A stretch of 64,000 nt of DNA from assembly GCA_013387205.1 (NCBI GenBank), contig WARV01000024.1, forward strand, positions 11,283 to 75,282, in the 5' to 3' direction. Position 1 is the stretch's first letter. The number at the start of each line of letters is the position of its first letter. Made by a program: the position numbers and the translations under genes. Positions 37,046-46,488 of this stretch are shown here, in pieces. This stretch comes from Patescibacteria group bacterium (GTDB taxonomy: Bacteria; Patescibacteriota; Doudnabacteria; UBA920). The notes under the pieces were generated by a model, which saw only the letters and a list, made by a program, of their open reading frames with translations, was not told where the DNA came from and ran no database searches.

Positions 37046-37465
37046 TTAGAATTTAATTTCAAACTCCTCGTTATTATCTAAATCAACATACCTAATCAAT
37101 TTTGGCAAAACTTTAAAATAACAGTTTCCGGGTATTTTGGAATATTTTTCAAAACTCGGTTTTTTCTTTATGTGAACGCTCACGTATTTTTCCCTTTCCT
37201 GATCAAAAACTTCTTTAGCGGCACCTTCGTATTGGATAGTTTTACTGTCATTTCCGCCTACTACAAAAGAAATACTTGGATTGTTTTGCAGGTTTTTATA
37301 TTTTCTGGTGCTATTAAAACATCCGAATACCAGTTCCAAATCTTCAGTCTCCCCAAAACCCACCAGCGCACTTTCCGGCAAATTATCTAATGCTACAGTG
37401 GATAGCACTCCAAGGGTATATCTCTTAAATACTGCTAGTATCTTGCTTTTTTGTTGCGGTTCCAT
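37046..37465 (-). CDS. Pyridoxamine 5'-phosphate oxidase-like FMN-binding protein
   Basis: GVLSTV...PESALV...TRKYKNLQNNPSISFV...IQYEGAA. Confidence 0.8.
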   Translation of the reverse strand: MEPQQKSKILAVFKRYTLGVLSTVALDNLPESALVGFGETEDLELVFGCFNSTRKYKNLQNNPSISFVVGGNDSKTIQYEGAAKEVFDQEREKYVSVHIKKKPSFEKYSKIPGNCYFKVLPKLIRYVDLDNNEEFEIKF

Positions 37466-37497
37466 ATCTTACATCTTATATCCTAAATCTTAACTCT

Positions 37498-38646
37498 CTA
37501 TATGTACATATACAGCAAGCTAAACACCGCTGCTAGTATGAATAGTACCATAAAACTGCCGGTCAGGCTAAAAAGGATTATGCCTAAAATACAGGCTATT
37601 AATTTGCCAATAGCCAAGCTTTGCTCGAAAAACACGGCATAAGGCACTACATGCGTGGCTTCTGCCCGAAGGTAGGTTAGCGTGGAAATAGGAATAAAGT
37701 CTATTTCCTTGCTGGCGCGGGACAAAGAATCAATCACAAAAACTGACATAACGCTGGTAGCTATAAACCTGGCAACCCAGACCAAGCTAGACATGAACGC
37801 GCCAATCTTTATTAATATCCTTTTGGTATACTGATCGGTAATTTTACCTAAAAATAGAGCAAGCAAAGCAGCGGCCAAGCTAGCCATTGTTGCCAAAAAA
37901 CCCGTGCCTTCATAATCTTTCACGATCAAATAAATAAATATAGGCCAGATGGTCAGCACAATTAATTCTTCCCCAAATCCCAAGTAACCGATGAATTTTT
38001 TCGGATACGATTTATACAATTCCAAAGTGTCGCTGAATTTGTATATTTTGGGAATAAAAATTTCTTGTGCCGTAAGAATAGGAATAATACTACAGCAATA
38101 CAAAACCGCGGAAAACAAAAACGCGGCAGGTATTCCAAAATATTGGGAGAGCAGTCCTCCAACTAGCGGCCCGACAACATGCGAAATGCTGATAATGGCA
38201 TAGACCATGGAAAATTCCCTGCCGACCTGCTCTTGTTGGCCGTACCTGGCCATGACCGAATGAAAACCTGGCCAATAAAAAGATTTTTGGATACCAAAAA
38301 TCACAGCCCCAAAAAACGCCAAATTTGGATGATTGACGCTAGAGAGCAAGGCAAACCAATAAAAAACCTGGAAGGGAACGCTTAAAGCAATACTGTGACG
38401 GTAGCCGAAGACGCTGGCAAACTTGGCGCCGTAAGGAATGGTAATAATATACACAGCATAAACCACTGCCATGAAAAGCAGGATTTTCGGCACCGTGTAG
38501 TTTAAAACCGAATATAGGAAGATAGGCTCAAACAGCATGACTACAGCCAATGCCATGTTCGATATTGCCGAGGAAGCATACAGCTCCCCTATCTCCCTGC
38601 GCACGCTTTTATTGAAGTATTGTGGAAGATGAAAATTTAAAAGCAT
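37498..38646 (-). CDS. MFS transporter
   Basis: About 12 TM helices; GPLVGGLL; GKITDQYTKR motif A-like. Confidence 0.85.
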   Translation of the reverse strand: MLLNFHLPQYFNKSVRREIGELYASSAISNMALAVVMLFEPIFLYSVLNYTVPKILLFMAVVYAVYIITIPYGAKFASVFGYRHSIALSVPFQVFYWFALLSSVNHPNLAFFGAVIFGIQKSFYWPGFHSVMARYGQQEQVGREFSMVYAIISISHVVGPLVGGLLSQYFGIPAAFLFSAVLYCCSIIPILTAQEIFIPKIYKFSDTLELYKSYPKKFIGYLGFGEELIVLTIWPIFIYLIVKDYEGTGFLATMASLAAALLALFLGKITDQYTKRILIKIGAFMSSLVWVARFIATSVMSVFVIDSLSRASKEIDFIPISTLTYLRAEATHVVPYAVFFEQSLAIGKLIACILGIILFSLTGSFMVLFILAAVFSLLYMYI

Positions 38647-38651
38647 AGATT

Positions 38652-38844
38652 AAATGACAAAATTGACAAAATTTAAATAATTAACATAAATGACGCTTGG
38701 CGTCATCCTGAGCGAATGCAGCTGAGCGAAGGATCTCTTGAGCAACAAGAGAAGATTCCTCGGCTGCACTCGGAATGACAACTTCATATAAAATAAGGTT
38801 TGTCATTTTTGTCATTTATGTCATTCTCGTCGTTTTTGTCATTT
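38652..38844. repeat. Family E element with a nested RPE-like element (38702-38779)
   Basis: TGACAAAATTGACAAAAT...[GTCATCCTGAG...CGAAGGATCT...AGATTCCTCGGCTGCACTCGGAATGAC]...TTTTTGTCATTT. Confidence 0.8.
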
Positions 38845-38901
38845 GGATTATTTTTGTTTCCATATTTTTCCTAATATCTAAAAACTAAAACCTATAACCT
38901 G

Positions 38902-41900
38902 TCAAATTACCAGGTTAATGAGTTTGTTTGGCACATAAATTACGCGTTTTATTTCACTTGTGCCGACTGCTTTTTTTACCTGCTCTACCACCAACGCCTC
39001 TGCCTTGACTTCGTCCTGGCTGCTATCCCGCTTAATGGACAGCTTAGCTTTAACTTTTCCGTTGACCTGTACAACAACATCAACAGTCTGGTCTATCACC
39101 AAAGCAGGATTATATTTTGGCCATTCGTGCTCTTGCAAAGATTTTTTATTGCCGAATAAAGAATACAGTTCTTCGCAAAAATGCGGGGCAAACGGGTACA
39201 TTAAAGCCAAAAAAGTTTTTAAAGAATCTAAAGTTATAAAGTCCTGCTTTATTTCATTATGGAATTCCATAAAGCTGGAAACAGCGGTGTTAAACCTCAT
39301 ATTTTCCAAATCTTCCGTAACCTTTTTAATTAGCTTATGCAAAGCTTTTTCTACTTTTTCCGTATCTTTAACTCCCTGATTATTTTTCGCATGAGGAGAA
39401 CTAATAACTTCATTCGCCCAAACCCAAACCCTGTCTAAAAACCTTCTCACGCCCAAAATCCCCTTATCGTTCCATGATACGGTCATTTCGTGCGGCCCCA
39501 AAAAAGGCTCGTACATCCTTAGAGTATCAGCTCCGAACTTTTTAACCACTTCGTTGGGATTAACCACATTTCCGCGGCTTTTAGACATCTTCTCGCCGTC
39601 CGCGGCTAAAATGATTCCATGAGGCTTTCTTAATACATAAGGTTCTTTGGTAGTAACCAACCCCTGGTCGTATAAGAACAGATTCCAAAAACGGGAGTAC
39701 AGCAAATGCAAAGTCGTATGTTCCATTCCTCCAAAGTAAACATCCACCGGGATCCAATACTTCTGCTTCTTTTTGTCAGAAAAAACTTTTTTATCTTTAG
39801 GGTCAATATACCTTAACCAATACCAAGAAGATCCTGCCCATTGCGGCATAGTATTGGTCTCGCGCTTGGCCGGCCCTTTGCATTTTGGACATTTTACATT
39901 TACCCAAGTCTCAATTGCGGCCAAAGGAGACTCCCCTGTCCCAGTCGGTTCGTAATTCTCAACCTCCGGCAATTTAACCGGCAAATCTTTTTCCGGCACC
40001 GCAACGATGCCGCACTTTTCGCAGTGAATTATAGGAATTGGCTCGCCCCAATATCTTTGCCTGCTAAAAACCCAATCTCGCAGCTTGTACTGCACGGTTA
40101 ATTTTCCGAACTCTTTTGCCATTTTTTCAATCGCTTGTTCTGAACCTAATCCGGAAAATTTTCCGGAGTTTATAAGCGTACCGTATTCCACGGAAGCCTT
40201 AGCTAATACCGGGGATGCAATGGCGCTGTCGATTATTTCATCCATTAATTCCGGAAGTTCTTTTAATCCCGACGATGTACCAAAATGGCCCTTGTTTTTC
40301 AAGACAACTGTATTCGCTTGCATATCTCTTTCGTATAAATCCTTTACCGACAAAGGTATATGTTCGTCGTTATCAGAAAACAAAGCAGTCGTTCCGGCTA
40401 CTAAATCCCGGATTTTTTCCCAATCCAAAGAAGCCTGCGAAACTTTCTGGATAGCTTCTGCTGGAGAATCGGCATGGTTGTCGCGATACCATTCCCAATC
40501 CATATCCGGATGGGTTGGTGCAACTAAAAATAAATGCCTAATCTTTTTGTTGAATTTCATCAGAAACTGCAAAGCGGTAGGCGCTCCCAAACTATACCCT
40601 ATAACAAGGGAGTTCTCATTTATCTCATCTTTATACTTTTCCAAAACCTTCAGTCTTTTATTTAAATCCGGGGTTCCCTGGTCATTCATATCAGGAGATA
40701 TCACTTTATATCCCAAGGCAGATAATTTTTCAGAAAGCCATGGAAACCAATTATTTTTGCCGTTACCGTTAGTCCCATGCAGCAACAAGACCGTACCGAC
40801 ATATTGCGGACGGACCACCTGGGTTATGGGCAAATTAAATTTTTGGGCAAACTCGAAATCGCGCTCGTCGTGTGCCGGCACAGCCATAATCGCGCCCGTG
40901 CCATAACCCCACAAAACGTAATCCGCAACCCATACCGGAATTTCTTCCTTCGTCGCGGGGTTAATTGCTTTTATACCTTTTAGTTCAACGCCGGTCTTTT
41001 CTTTTTCCAAAGACGTCCTTTGTGTTTCCGTTTCGCTCTTTACATCCTCGATATACTTTCTGACTTCCCCATAATTCTTAATTCTTGATTCTAAATTCTG
41101 CACCAACGGATGTTCAGGCGCCACAACCATATAAGTCGCGCCAAAAATAGTATCCGGGCGGGTAGTAAAGACTTTAATCTTCATGGCGTCATCCTGAGTC
41201 CCGGATGCATCTGAGGGACGAAGGATCTCTTTATTTGACTGAGGGTGAGATTCTTCGCTCGGCTGCACTCGCTCAGAATGACGCCGAGAGGATAATATCA
41301 CTTCGCCTTTTGCACTCCTCACAATGACACCGAAATCTATTTCCGCGCCAACGCTTTTTCCAATCCAGTTTTCCTGCTGCAGCTTAACAGCCTCCGGCCA
41401 CTCCGGCAGATTTTTTAACCCTTCCAAAAGCTTTTCGGCGTAAGCCGTAATTTTCAAATACCACTGCCTTAACTCTTTTTTTACAACAACAGTTCCGCAC
41501 CTGTCGCATTTGCCGTCAATCACTTCTTCGTTAGCCAGCCCGGTTTTATCTTTAGGGCACCAGTTTATAAGCCCGGTAGCTTCGTAAGCCAAGCCTGCTT
41601 CAAAAAACTTCAAAAAGATCCACTGCGTCCATTTATAATAGTCAGGATCCGTGGTGTTTACTTCCCTGCTCCAATCGAAACTAGTTCCCCAGGATTCAAG
41701 CTGGGCTTTGGCATTTTTGATATTTTTTGCCGTGGAAATGCTCGGATGGATATGGTGCTTTATTGCAAAATTTTCCGCAGGCAAACCAAAAGCATCCCAA
41801 CCGATTGGGTATAATACTTCATGGCCTTTCATGCGTAAGAAGCGGCTGTAAATATCCCCGGCAATATAAGGGCGCAAGTGTCCCATGTGCAAACCTTCGC

Positions 41901-42033
41901 CGGAAGGGTAAGGAAATTCCACCAGCACATATTTTTTCGGATTTTTTGAAAAATCTTTAGCGACAAAAGTTTTTTTCTGCTGCCAATATTTCTGCCACTT
42001 CTTTTCAATTTGTAATGGGTTATATTTCTTCAT
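38902..42033 (-). CDS. leuS: Leucine--tRNA ligase with an inserted alpha/beta hydrolase domain and a repeat-derived insertion (start corrected)
   Basis: FPYPSGEGLHMGH, FTTRPDT, GTGAIMAVPAHDERD, SRQRYWGEPIP, KMSKS. Confidence 0.96.
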   Translation of the reverse strand: MKKYNPLQIEKKWQKYWQQKKTFVAKDFSKNPKKYVLVEFPYPSGEGLHMGHLRPYIAGDIYSRFLRMKGHEVLYPIGWDAFGLPAENFAIKHHIHPSISTAKNIKNAKAQLESWGTSFDWSREVNTTDPDYYKWTQWIFLKFFEAGLAYEATGLINWCPKDKTGLANEEVIDGKCDRCGTVVVKKELRQWYLKITAYAEKLLEGLKNLPEWPEAVKLQQENWIGKSVGAEIDFGVIVRSAKGEVILSSRRHSERVQPSEESHPQSNKEILRPSDASGTQDDAMKIKVFTTRPDTIFGATYMVVAPEHPLVQNLESRIKNYGEVRKYIEDVKSETETQRTSLEKEKTGVELKGIKAINPATKEEIPVWVADYVLWGYGTGAIMAVPAHDERDFEFAQKFNLPITQVVRPQYVGTVLLLHGTNGNGKNNWFPWLSEKLSALGYKVISPDMNDQGTPDLNKRLKVLEKYKDEINENSLVIGYSLGAPTALQFLMKFNKKIRHLFLVAPTHPDMDWEWYRDNHADSPAEAIQKVSQASLDWEKIRDLVAGTTALFSDNDEHIPLSVKDLYERDMQANTVVLKNKGHFGTSSGLKELPELMDEIIDSAIASPVLAKASVEYGTLINSGKFSGLGSEQAIEKMAKEFGKLTVQYKLRDWVFSRQRYWGEPIPIIHCEKCGIVAVPEKDLPVKLPEVENYEPTGTGESPLAAIETWVNVKCPKCKGPAKRETNTMPQWAGSSWYWLRYIDPKDKKVFSDKKKQKYWIPVDVYFGGMEHTTLHLLYSRFWNLFLYDQGLVTTKEPYVLRKPHGIILAADGEKMSKSRGNVVNPNEVVKKFGADTLRMYEPFLGPHEMTVSWNDKGILGVRRFLDRVWVWANEVISSPHAKNNQGVKDTEKVEKALHKLIKKVTEDLENMRFNTAVSSFMEFHNEIKQDFITLDSLKTFLALMYPFAPHFCEELYSLFGNKKSLQEHEWPKYNPALVIDQTVDVVVQVNGKVKAKLSIKRDSSQDEVKAEALVVEQVKKAVGTSEIKRVIYVPNKLINLVI
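41185..41285. repeat. RPE-like palindromic element inside leuS
   Basis: GGCGTCATCCTGAG...CGAAGGATCTC...GAGATTCTTCG...CTCAGAATGACGCC; homologous to 38699-38779. Confidence 0.88.
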
Positions 42034-42086
42034 AATAGTATATTCATTATTTCCTCTCCCTTTAGGGAGAGGGTGGGGTGAGGGGG

Positions 42087-42437
42087 TCAATTTTTCAAAA
42101 ATTGATAAATTCTATTTAAAACCCCTTCTAAATTTTCATCTAAGTCATTATCCCAAAATCTTAAAACAATATATCCTTGATCTCTCAAAAGTTTATCTCT
42201 TAATGAATCGGTAATTTTTTTCTGAAGATGATGACTACCATCTAATTCAATGATTAATCTTTTTTTGATACAAATAAAATCAACTATAAAATTTCCAATC
42301 GGATACTGCCTTCTAAATTTAAAATCTTTAAACCTTCTATGTCGCAGAAGATACCATAATTTTTGTTCCCAAGGAGTTTGATTTATCCTTAACTTCCTGG
42401 CTGCTTGTATCAAATTTTGGTTTTCAATCCCCCTCAT
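42087..42437 (-). CDS. DUF559 (Vsr-like) endonuclease
   Basis: ARKLRINQTPWEQKLWYLLR, FRRQYPIGNFIVDF, IIELDGSHH, RD...GYIVLRFWDND; hairpin flanks 42053-42086 and 42431-42472. Confidence 0.92.
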   Translation of the reverse strand: MRGIENQNLIQAARKLRINQTPWEQKLWYLLRHRRFKDFKFRRQYPIGNFIVDFICIKKRLIIELDGSHHLQKKITDSLRDKLLRDQGYIVLRFWDNDLDENLEGVLNRIYQFLKN

Positions 42438-42460
42438 CCGTCCTCCGGCCACCTTCTCCC

Positions 42461-43348
42461 TCAGGGAGAAGGAAATAAGAAAAGTTTTTTTGCATTCTCT
42501 GTCGTCATCTTCTCAACCTCGGCAAGTTCCAAACCAAGGACTTCCGCCACCCTTTGAGCCACGTACTTTACGTACGCTGGCTCATTTCTTTTGCCCCGGT
42601 TCGGAACCGGAGCCAGATAAGGGCAATCGGTCTCCAAAACAAACCTGTCCAGCGGCGCCTGTTTGACCAGTTTTTCCATGTTTCCAGTCTTATCAAATGT
42701 AATTATACCATTAAAGCTTATGTAGCCGCCAAGCTTATAAAATTCCTGCATCAGCTCCGGGCTTCCGGTATAACTATGAAGTACAAACCTGATATCAGAT
42801 TTAAGATTTAAGATTTCTGATTTAAGAATTTCTAAAATATCAATTGCGGCATCATCTGTACCCTTTGATGAACGGGAGTGAATAATCAACGTTTTATCTA
42901 ATTCTTTTGCCAAATTAATCTGGGCGATAAAAGCTTGTTTTTGCTTTTCTTTGATAATATCCAAACTTTCCAGATGGTCCCCATCCTGATGGGGACCATC
43001 TGGAACAGGTAACCGATAATAATCCAAACCGCATTCCCCTATTCCCACAACTTTGGGATTCTCCGCCAGACTTCGATACATCGATGTATCGAAGTGCTCT
43101 TCGCGGGTTAAAAAATGGGTTTCTTCTTCATCGACATGCTGCGAATGGGTGTGCTCGGGATGCAATCCCACAGCCGCGTACACTCCTTTCTCGAACATGT
43201 TTGCTAATTCCACTGCCTGCCTGGATGTGTCAATTTGCGAGCCAATGTTAATAACCCAAACGCCTTGGTCCATTGAGCGCTTGAGCACTTCCTTGGCATC
43301 ATCCTTAAACCCGCGAAAATTTACGTGAGCATGGGTGTCGATGAGCAT
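42461..43348 (-). CDS. tatD: TatD family hydrolase
   Basis: LIDTHAH, GLHP, IGECGLDY, ETDCPYLAPVP, RGKRNEP. Confidence 0.93.
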   Translation of the reverse strand: MLIDTHAHVNFRGFKDDAKEVLKRSMDQGVWVINIGSQIDTSRQAVELANMFEKGVYAAVGLHPEHTHSQHVDEEETHFLTREEHFDTSMYRSLAENPKVVGIGECGLDYYRLPVPDGPHQDGDHLESLDIIKEKQKQAFIAQINLAKELDKTLIIHSRSSKGTDDAAIDILEILKSEILNLKSDIRFVLHSYTGSPELMQEFYKLGGYISFNGIITFDKTGNMEKLVKQAPLDRFVLETDCPYLAPVPNRGKRNEPAYVKYVAQRVAEVLGLELAEVEKMTTENAKKLFLFPSP

Positions 43349-43365
43349 GAATTATGAAGTATGAA

Positions 43366-44808
43366 TTAAGAATTAAGAATGCGGGGAAACAGTGGTTCAG
43401 CTTTGATAATGGGATATTTTTTCAGATGATCTAATATTTTTAGACTGGATTCTGGCAAAAACGGTTCTAACTGTTCGGCCACAAAATAAATTCTTGCTAT
43501 GAGATGGTGGGAAACGTCGCTGAATTCCGCCAAATCAGATTTTGCCAAATCCCATAATTTCTTTTCATCAACAATTTTATTCGCAATAATAACCTGCTCC
43601 CAAATTTTCGATAACGCCGTATGAAAACGGAAATTTGCTATTTCTGCTTCAATCTCTTTTTTTTCCTTGCTAAAATCGCAATAAAAAATATTTTTCTGGC
43701 TTTCGTATTTTCCACCGAGATATTTCTCTGCCAATGTGGTGACGCGGCTAACTAAGTTACCCAAACCATTTGCCAGTTCGCCCTCATAGCGAGTTTTTAA
43801 TTTCTCTTCGCTTACATCCCCGTCATCGCCGAACGCCACTTCGCGCAAAAGCAAATAACGCACGGCGTCCGCGCCGTACTTAGCCACCCAATCGTTCGGG
43901 TCAATTACATTACCAATGCTTTTGGACATCTTTTCTCCGCCAACAGTCAAATAACCATGCACAACAACCTCTTTAGGCAAAGGCAGTCCGGCTGCAAGCA
44001 AAATTGCCGGCCAAATTATGCAATGAAATTTGGAAATATCCTTGCCGATAATATGGCAGTTTGCCGGCCACCAATCTTTTCCATTTTCATCTTTGGCGCC
44101 GGTAACGTAATTAATAAGCGCATCCACCCATACATACACGGTCTGCTCTTTATCCCACGGCAGAGGTATTCCCCATTTCACGTTCGGCCTCGATATGGCA
44201 ATATCGTTAAAACCTTGCTCAAGCAAACTTAAAATTTCATTTTTGCGCTCAACCGGCCAAATTTTCAATTCATCTTTTTCAATTGATTCCTTAATTTTTC
44301 CGGTAAATTCTGACACTTTCAAAAACCAGTTTTTTTCCGTAACAAGTTCCGGCTTGGTTTTATGGATTGGACACAAGCCGTCTATTAAATCTTTTTCCGG
44401 ATAAAACGTCTCGCAAGATACGCAATACAAACCGCTATATTCTCCTTCATAAACATAACCATTGTCCTTTATCTTTATCAGTAAATCTTCAACGGTCTTA
44501 ATATGGTCAGCATCAGTTGTACGGATAAGCCTGTCAGGCTGGATATTAAGCTGGTCCCAGGCAAAACTAAACTGGGCGGCTGTCTGGTCAGTAAACTCTT
44601 TTAAAGCCACACCGGATGCCGCAGCAGCTTTTTCGATTTTCGAGCCATGCTCGTCTGTCCCGGTTAAGAATCGCACTCTATCTCGCCCGTACTTAGCCGA
44701 ATAAAACCTGGCCAACACGTCGGCTGCAACTTTCTCATATGCATGGCCAATGTGCGGCTTGGCGTTAATGTAATCTATTGCGGTTGTAATAAAGAATTTT
44801 TCAGTCAT
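43366..44808 (-). CDS. metG: Methionine--tRNA ligase (short form)
   Basis: PHIGHAY, TGTDEHG, YVWVDAL, KMSKS. Confidence 0.96.
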   Translation of the reverse strand: MTEKFFITTAIDYINAKPHIGHAYEKVAADVLARFYSAKYGRDRVRFLTGTDEHGSKIEKAAAASGVALKEFTDQTAAQFSFAWDQLNIQPDRLIRTTDADHIKTVEDLLIKIKDNGYVYEGEYSGLYCVSCETFYPEKDLIDGLCPIHKTKPELVTEKNWFLKVSEFTGKIKESIEKDELKIWPVERKNEILSLLEQGFNDIAISRPNVKWGIPLPWDKEQTVYVWVDALINYVTGAKDENGKDWWPANCHIIGKDISKFHCIIWPAILLAAGLPLPKEVVVHGYLTVGGEKMSKSIGNVIDPNDWVAKYGADAVRYLLLREVAFGDDGDVSEEKLKTRYEGELANGLGNLVSRVTTLAEKYLGGKYESQKNIFYCDFSKEKKEIEAEIANFRFHTALSKIWEQVIIANKIVDEKKLWDLAKSDLAEFSDVSHHLIARIYFVAEQLEPFLPESSLKILDHLKKYPIIKAEPLFPRILNS

Positions 44809-44903
44809 AAATTTAAATTATACCTTTAAATTATAGCGTTTTTTGCAGTAAAAAGGAAGGCCGCCGCAAGTACTTGCGGCGGCCTATAAGACACATTTCT
44901 TGT

Positions 44904-45911
44904 TTATGTCGTTGATCTGGCCGAATAAATTTCCCTGAAGACAATTGTTATGGCAGTGGCCAGCGGCACGGAAATTAACACCCCCACCACTCCGGCTAAT
45001 TTCAAGCCTATTAATAAAGCCAGTAACACCACAAGCGGCGAAGTACCCACGGTTTTTTCCATAATCTTGGGCACTAAAACATATCCTTCAAATTCATGCA
45101 CTAAAATATATAAAACAATTACCGCTATGGCTAAAGACGGCTGCTGGCTAAAAGCCAGCAGCACGGCCGGGACAGCCGAAAGGAAAGGCCCGATATACGG
45201 AACCAGCTCAAACAAACCGGCCAGCAGCGCCAGGACCAGGGCATACTTAACATGCAAAATCGTCAGGCCGATGAATGTAAAAAGAAAAATGCCGAAACAA
45301 ATAATTACCTGCCCAATAACCCACAACCCCATCTTTTTTTGGATCTTATCAATAAGGTTCATTGTAAATTCATGATGGTGTTTCGGCACCAAAGAATCCA
45401 CAAAAGATTTCATGCCCTTTTCTTCCACCAGAAGGTAGATAGAGATGATTAACACCGCAATGAAAGAAAGGACACCGTTAAAGAATACGAATGTTTTTGC
45501 CAAAACCCCTCCTCCGCTGGAAATGCCGGATGTCAAATTTTTCAGAATGTCTGAAATATTATAATTACTTGGGATTATTGCCCCAAAATACTTGTGGATC
45601 TCCCCATTATACATTGGCAAATTATCCCGCAAGAAAGAAGCCTCCCTTAAGACCGGCGGAATTACCAAATACACAATTAAGACAGCTACGGCCAAAACCA
45701 ATCCGTAGACAGCCAGGACGCTGACAATGCGCGGGATTTTTATCTTATTCAAATAATTAACCAGCGGGTCCATGGCCGACCCTAATATCAAAGACAATAA
45801 AATAATCACGACAATGTCGCGGATTAGCCATAAAAAAACCAAAGCCAAAAATGCAAAAATGACCTTTAAAATTATTTTCGTGCTGGTATCTAACTCGTTG
45901 TAATATCTCAT
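44904..45911 (-). CDS. AI-2E family transporter (start corrected)
   Basis: ELVPYIGP, EGYVLVPKIM, GVVGVLISVPL. Confidence 0.9.
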   Translation of the reverse strand: MRYYNELDTSTKIILKVIFAFLALVFLWLIRDIVVIILLSLILGSAMDPLVNYLNKIKIPRIVSVLAVYGLVLAVAVLIVYLVIPPVLREASFLRDNLPMYNGEIHKYFGAIIPSNYNISDILKNLTSGISSGGGVLAKTFVFFNGVLSFIAVLIISIYLLVEEKGMKSFVDSLVPKHHHEFTMNLIDKIQKKMGLWVIGQVIICFGIFLFTFIGLTILHVKYALVLALLAGLFELVPYIGPFLSAVPAVLLAFSQQPSLAIAVIVLYILVHEFEGYVLVPKIMEKTVGTSPLVVLLALLIGLKLAGVVGVLISVPLATAITIVFREIYSARSTT

Positions 45912-45912
45912 A

Positions 45913-46065
45913 CCCTGTAGAATTTCTTTGCAATTGTTCGCTGTCCGCCAGCTGGCGGATACCGACAACGAAGATTATTGCAATGTAAGTGAATTTGACG
46001 TCCCTTATAGGCTAACCTATTATTTACCGCTCACAACAGGAGGTTTGCAAAGAAGCTCTACAGGG
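45913..46065. mobile_element. MITE-like element K, copy 1
   Basis: Terminal repeats CCCTGTAGAATTTCTTTG / CAAAGAAGCTCTACAGGG; same termini at 52563-52699. Confidence 0.8.
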
Positions 46066-46105
46066 CATGCCTTTATTTTACACTTTAACCAGTAAAAAAT
46101 CCAGC

Positions 46106-46330
46106 TTAAACAGCTGGATTTTCTTGTGATTGTTCGTCTAAAATTTTTCTGGCTTTTTCTATCTGTTCATCGGCTCTTTTAATCCCTTCCAAGCAATAAG
46201 ACTTGATTTGCTCTCGCAAAAAGTCATTCAGGCCTTCGGCTTGCAAATCCCTGACTAAGATATCCTTTATGGTCTGGTCTAACTCGGAGCCTTGGATCAA
46301 ATCTGTGATAATTTGAATTTTCTCGTCCAT
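46106..46330 (-). CDS. Hypothetical protein
   Basis: 74-aa ORF, SD GAGGAGG. Confidence 0.7.
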   Translation of the reverse strand: MDEKIQIITDLIQGSELDQTIKDILVRDLQAEGLNDFLREQIKSYCLEGIKRADEQIEKARKILDEQSQENPAV

Positions 46331-46331
46331 G

Positions 46332-46472
46332 TTAAACCGCCTCCTCTACTTTAGCCAGGATTGTCTGAAACCCTTCCTTAGCTTTAACCGGATTTTCAAA
46401 GTTATGCCATGGAGCTTCCGGCGCAGGTGGAAGTTCGCTGACAGGATGCATTCTTGCTTCAAGATTATCCAT
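46332..46472 (-). CDS. Hypothetical 46-aa protein (not in the ORF track)
   Basis: MDNLEARMHPVSELPPAPEAPWHNFENPVKAKEGFQTILAKVEEAV fills the gap between nfo and the next ORF. Confidence 0.55.
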   Translation of the reverse strand: MDNLEARMHPVSELPPAPEAPWHNFENPVKAKEGFQTILAKVEEAV

Positions 46473-46488
46473 TTGCTTGCCTTTCTTT

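Noticed and set aside
40230-41330. LeuS insertions as inteins or introns
   Set aside because: No Cys/Ser start with His-Asn end and no intron core. The frame is open, and the inserts are explained by a hydrolase domain and a DNA palindrome.
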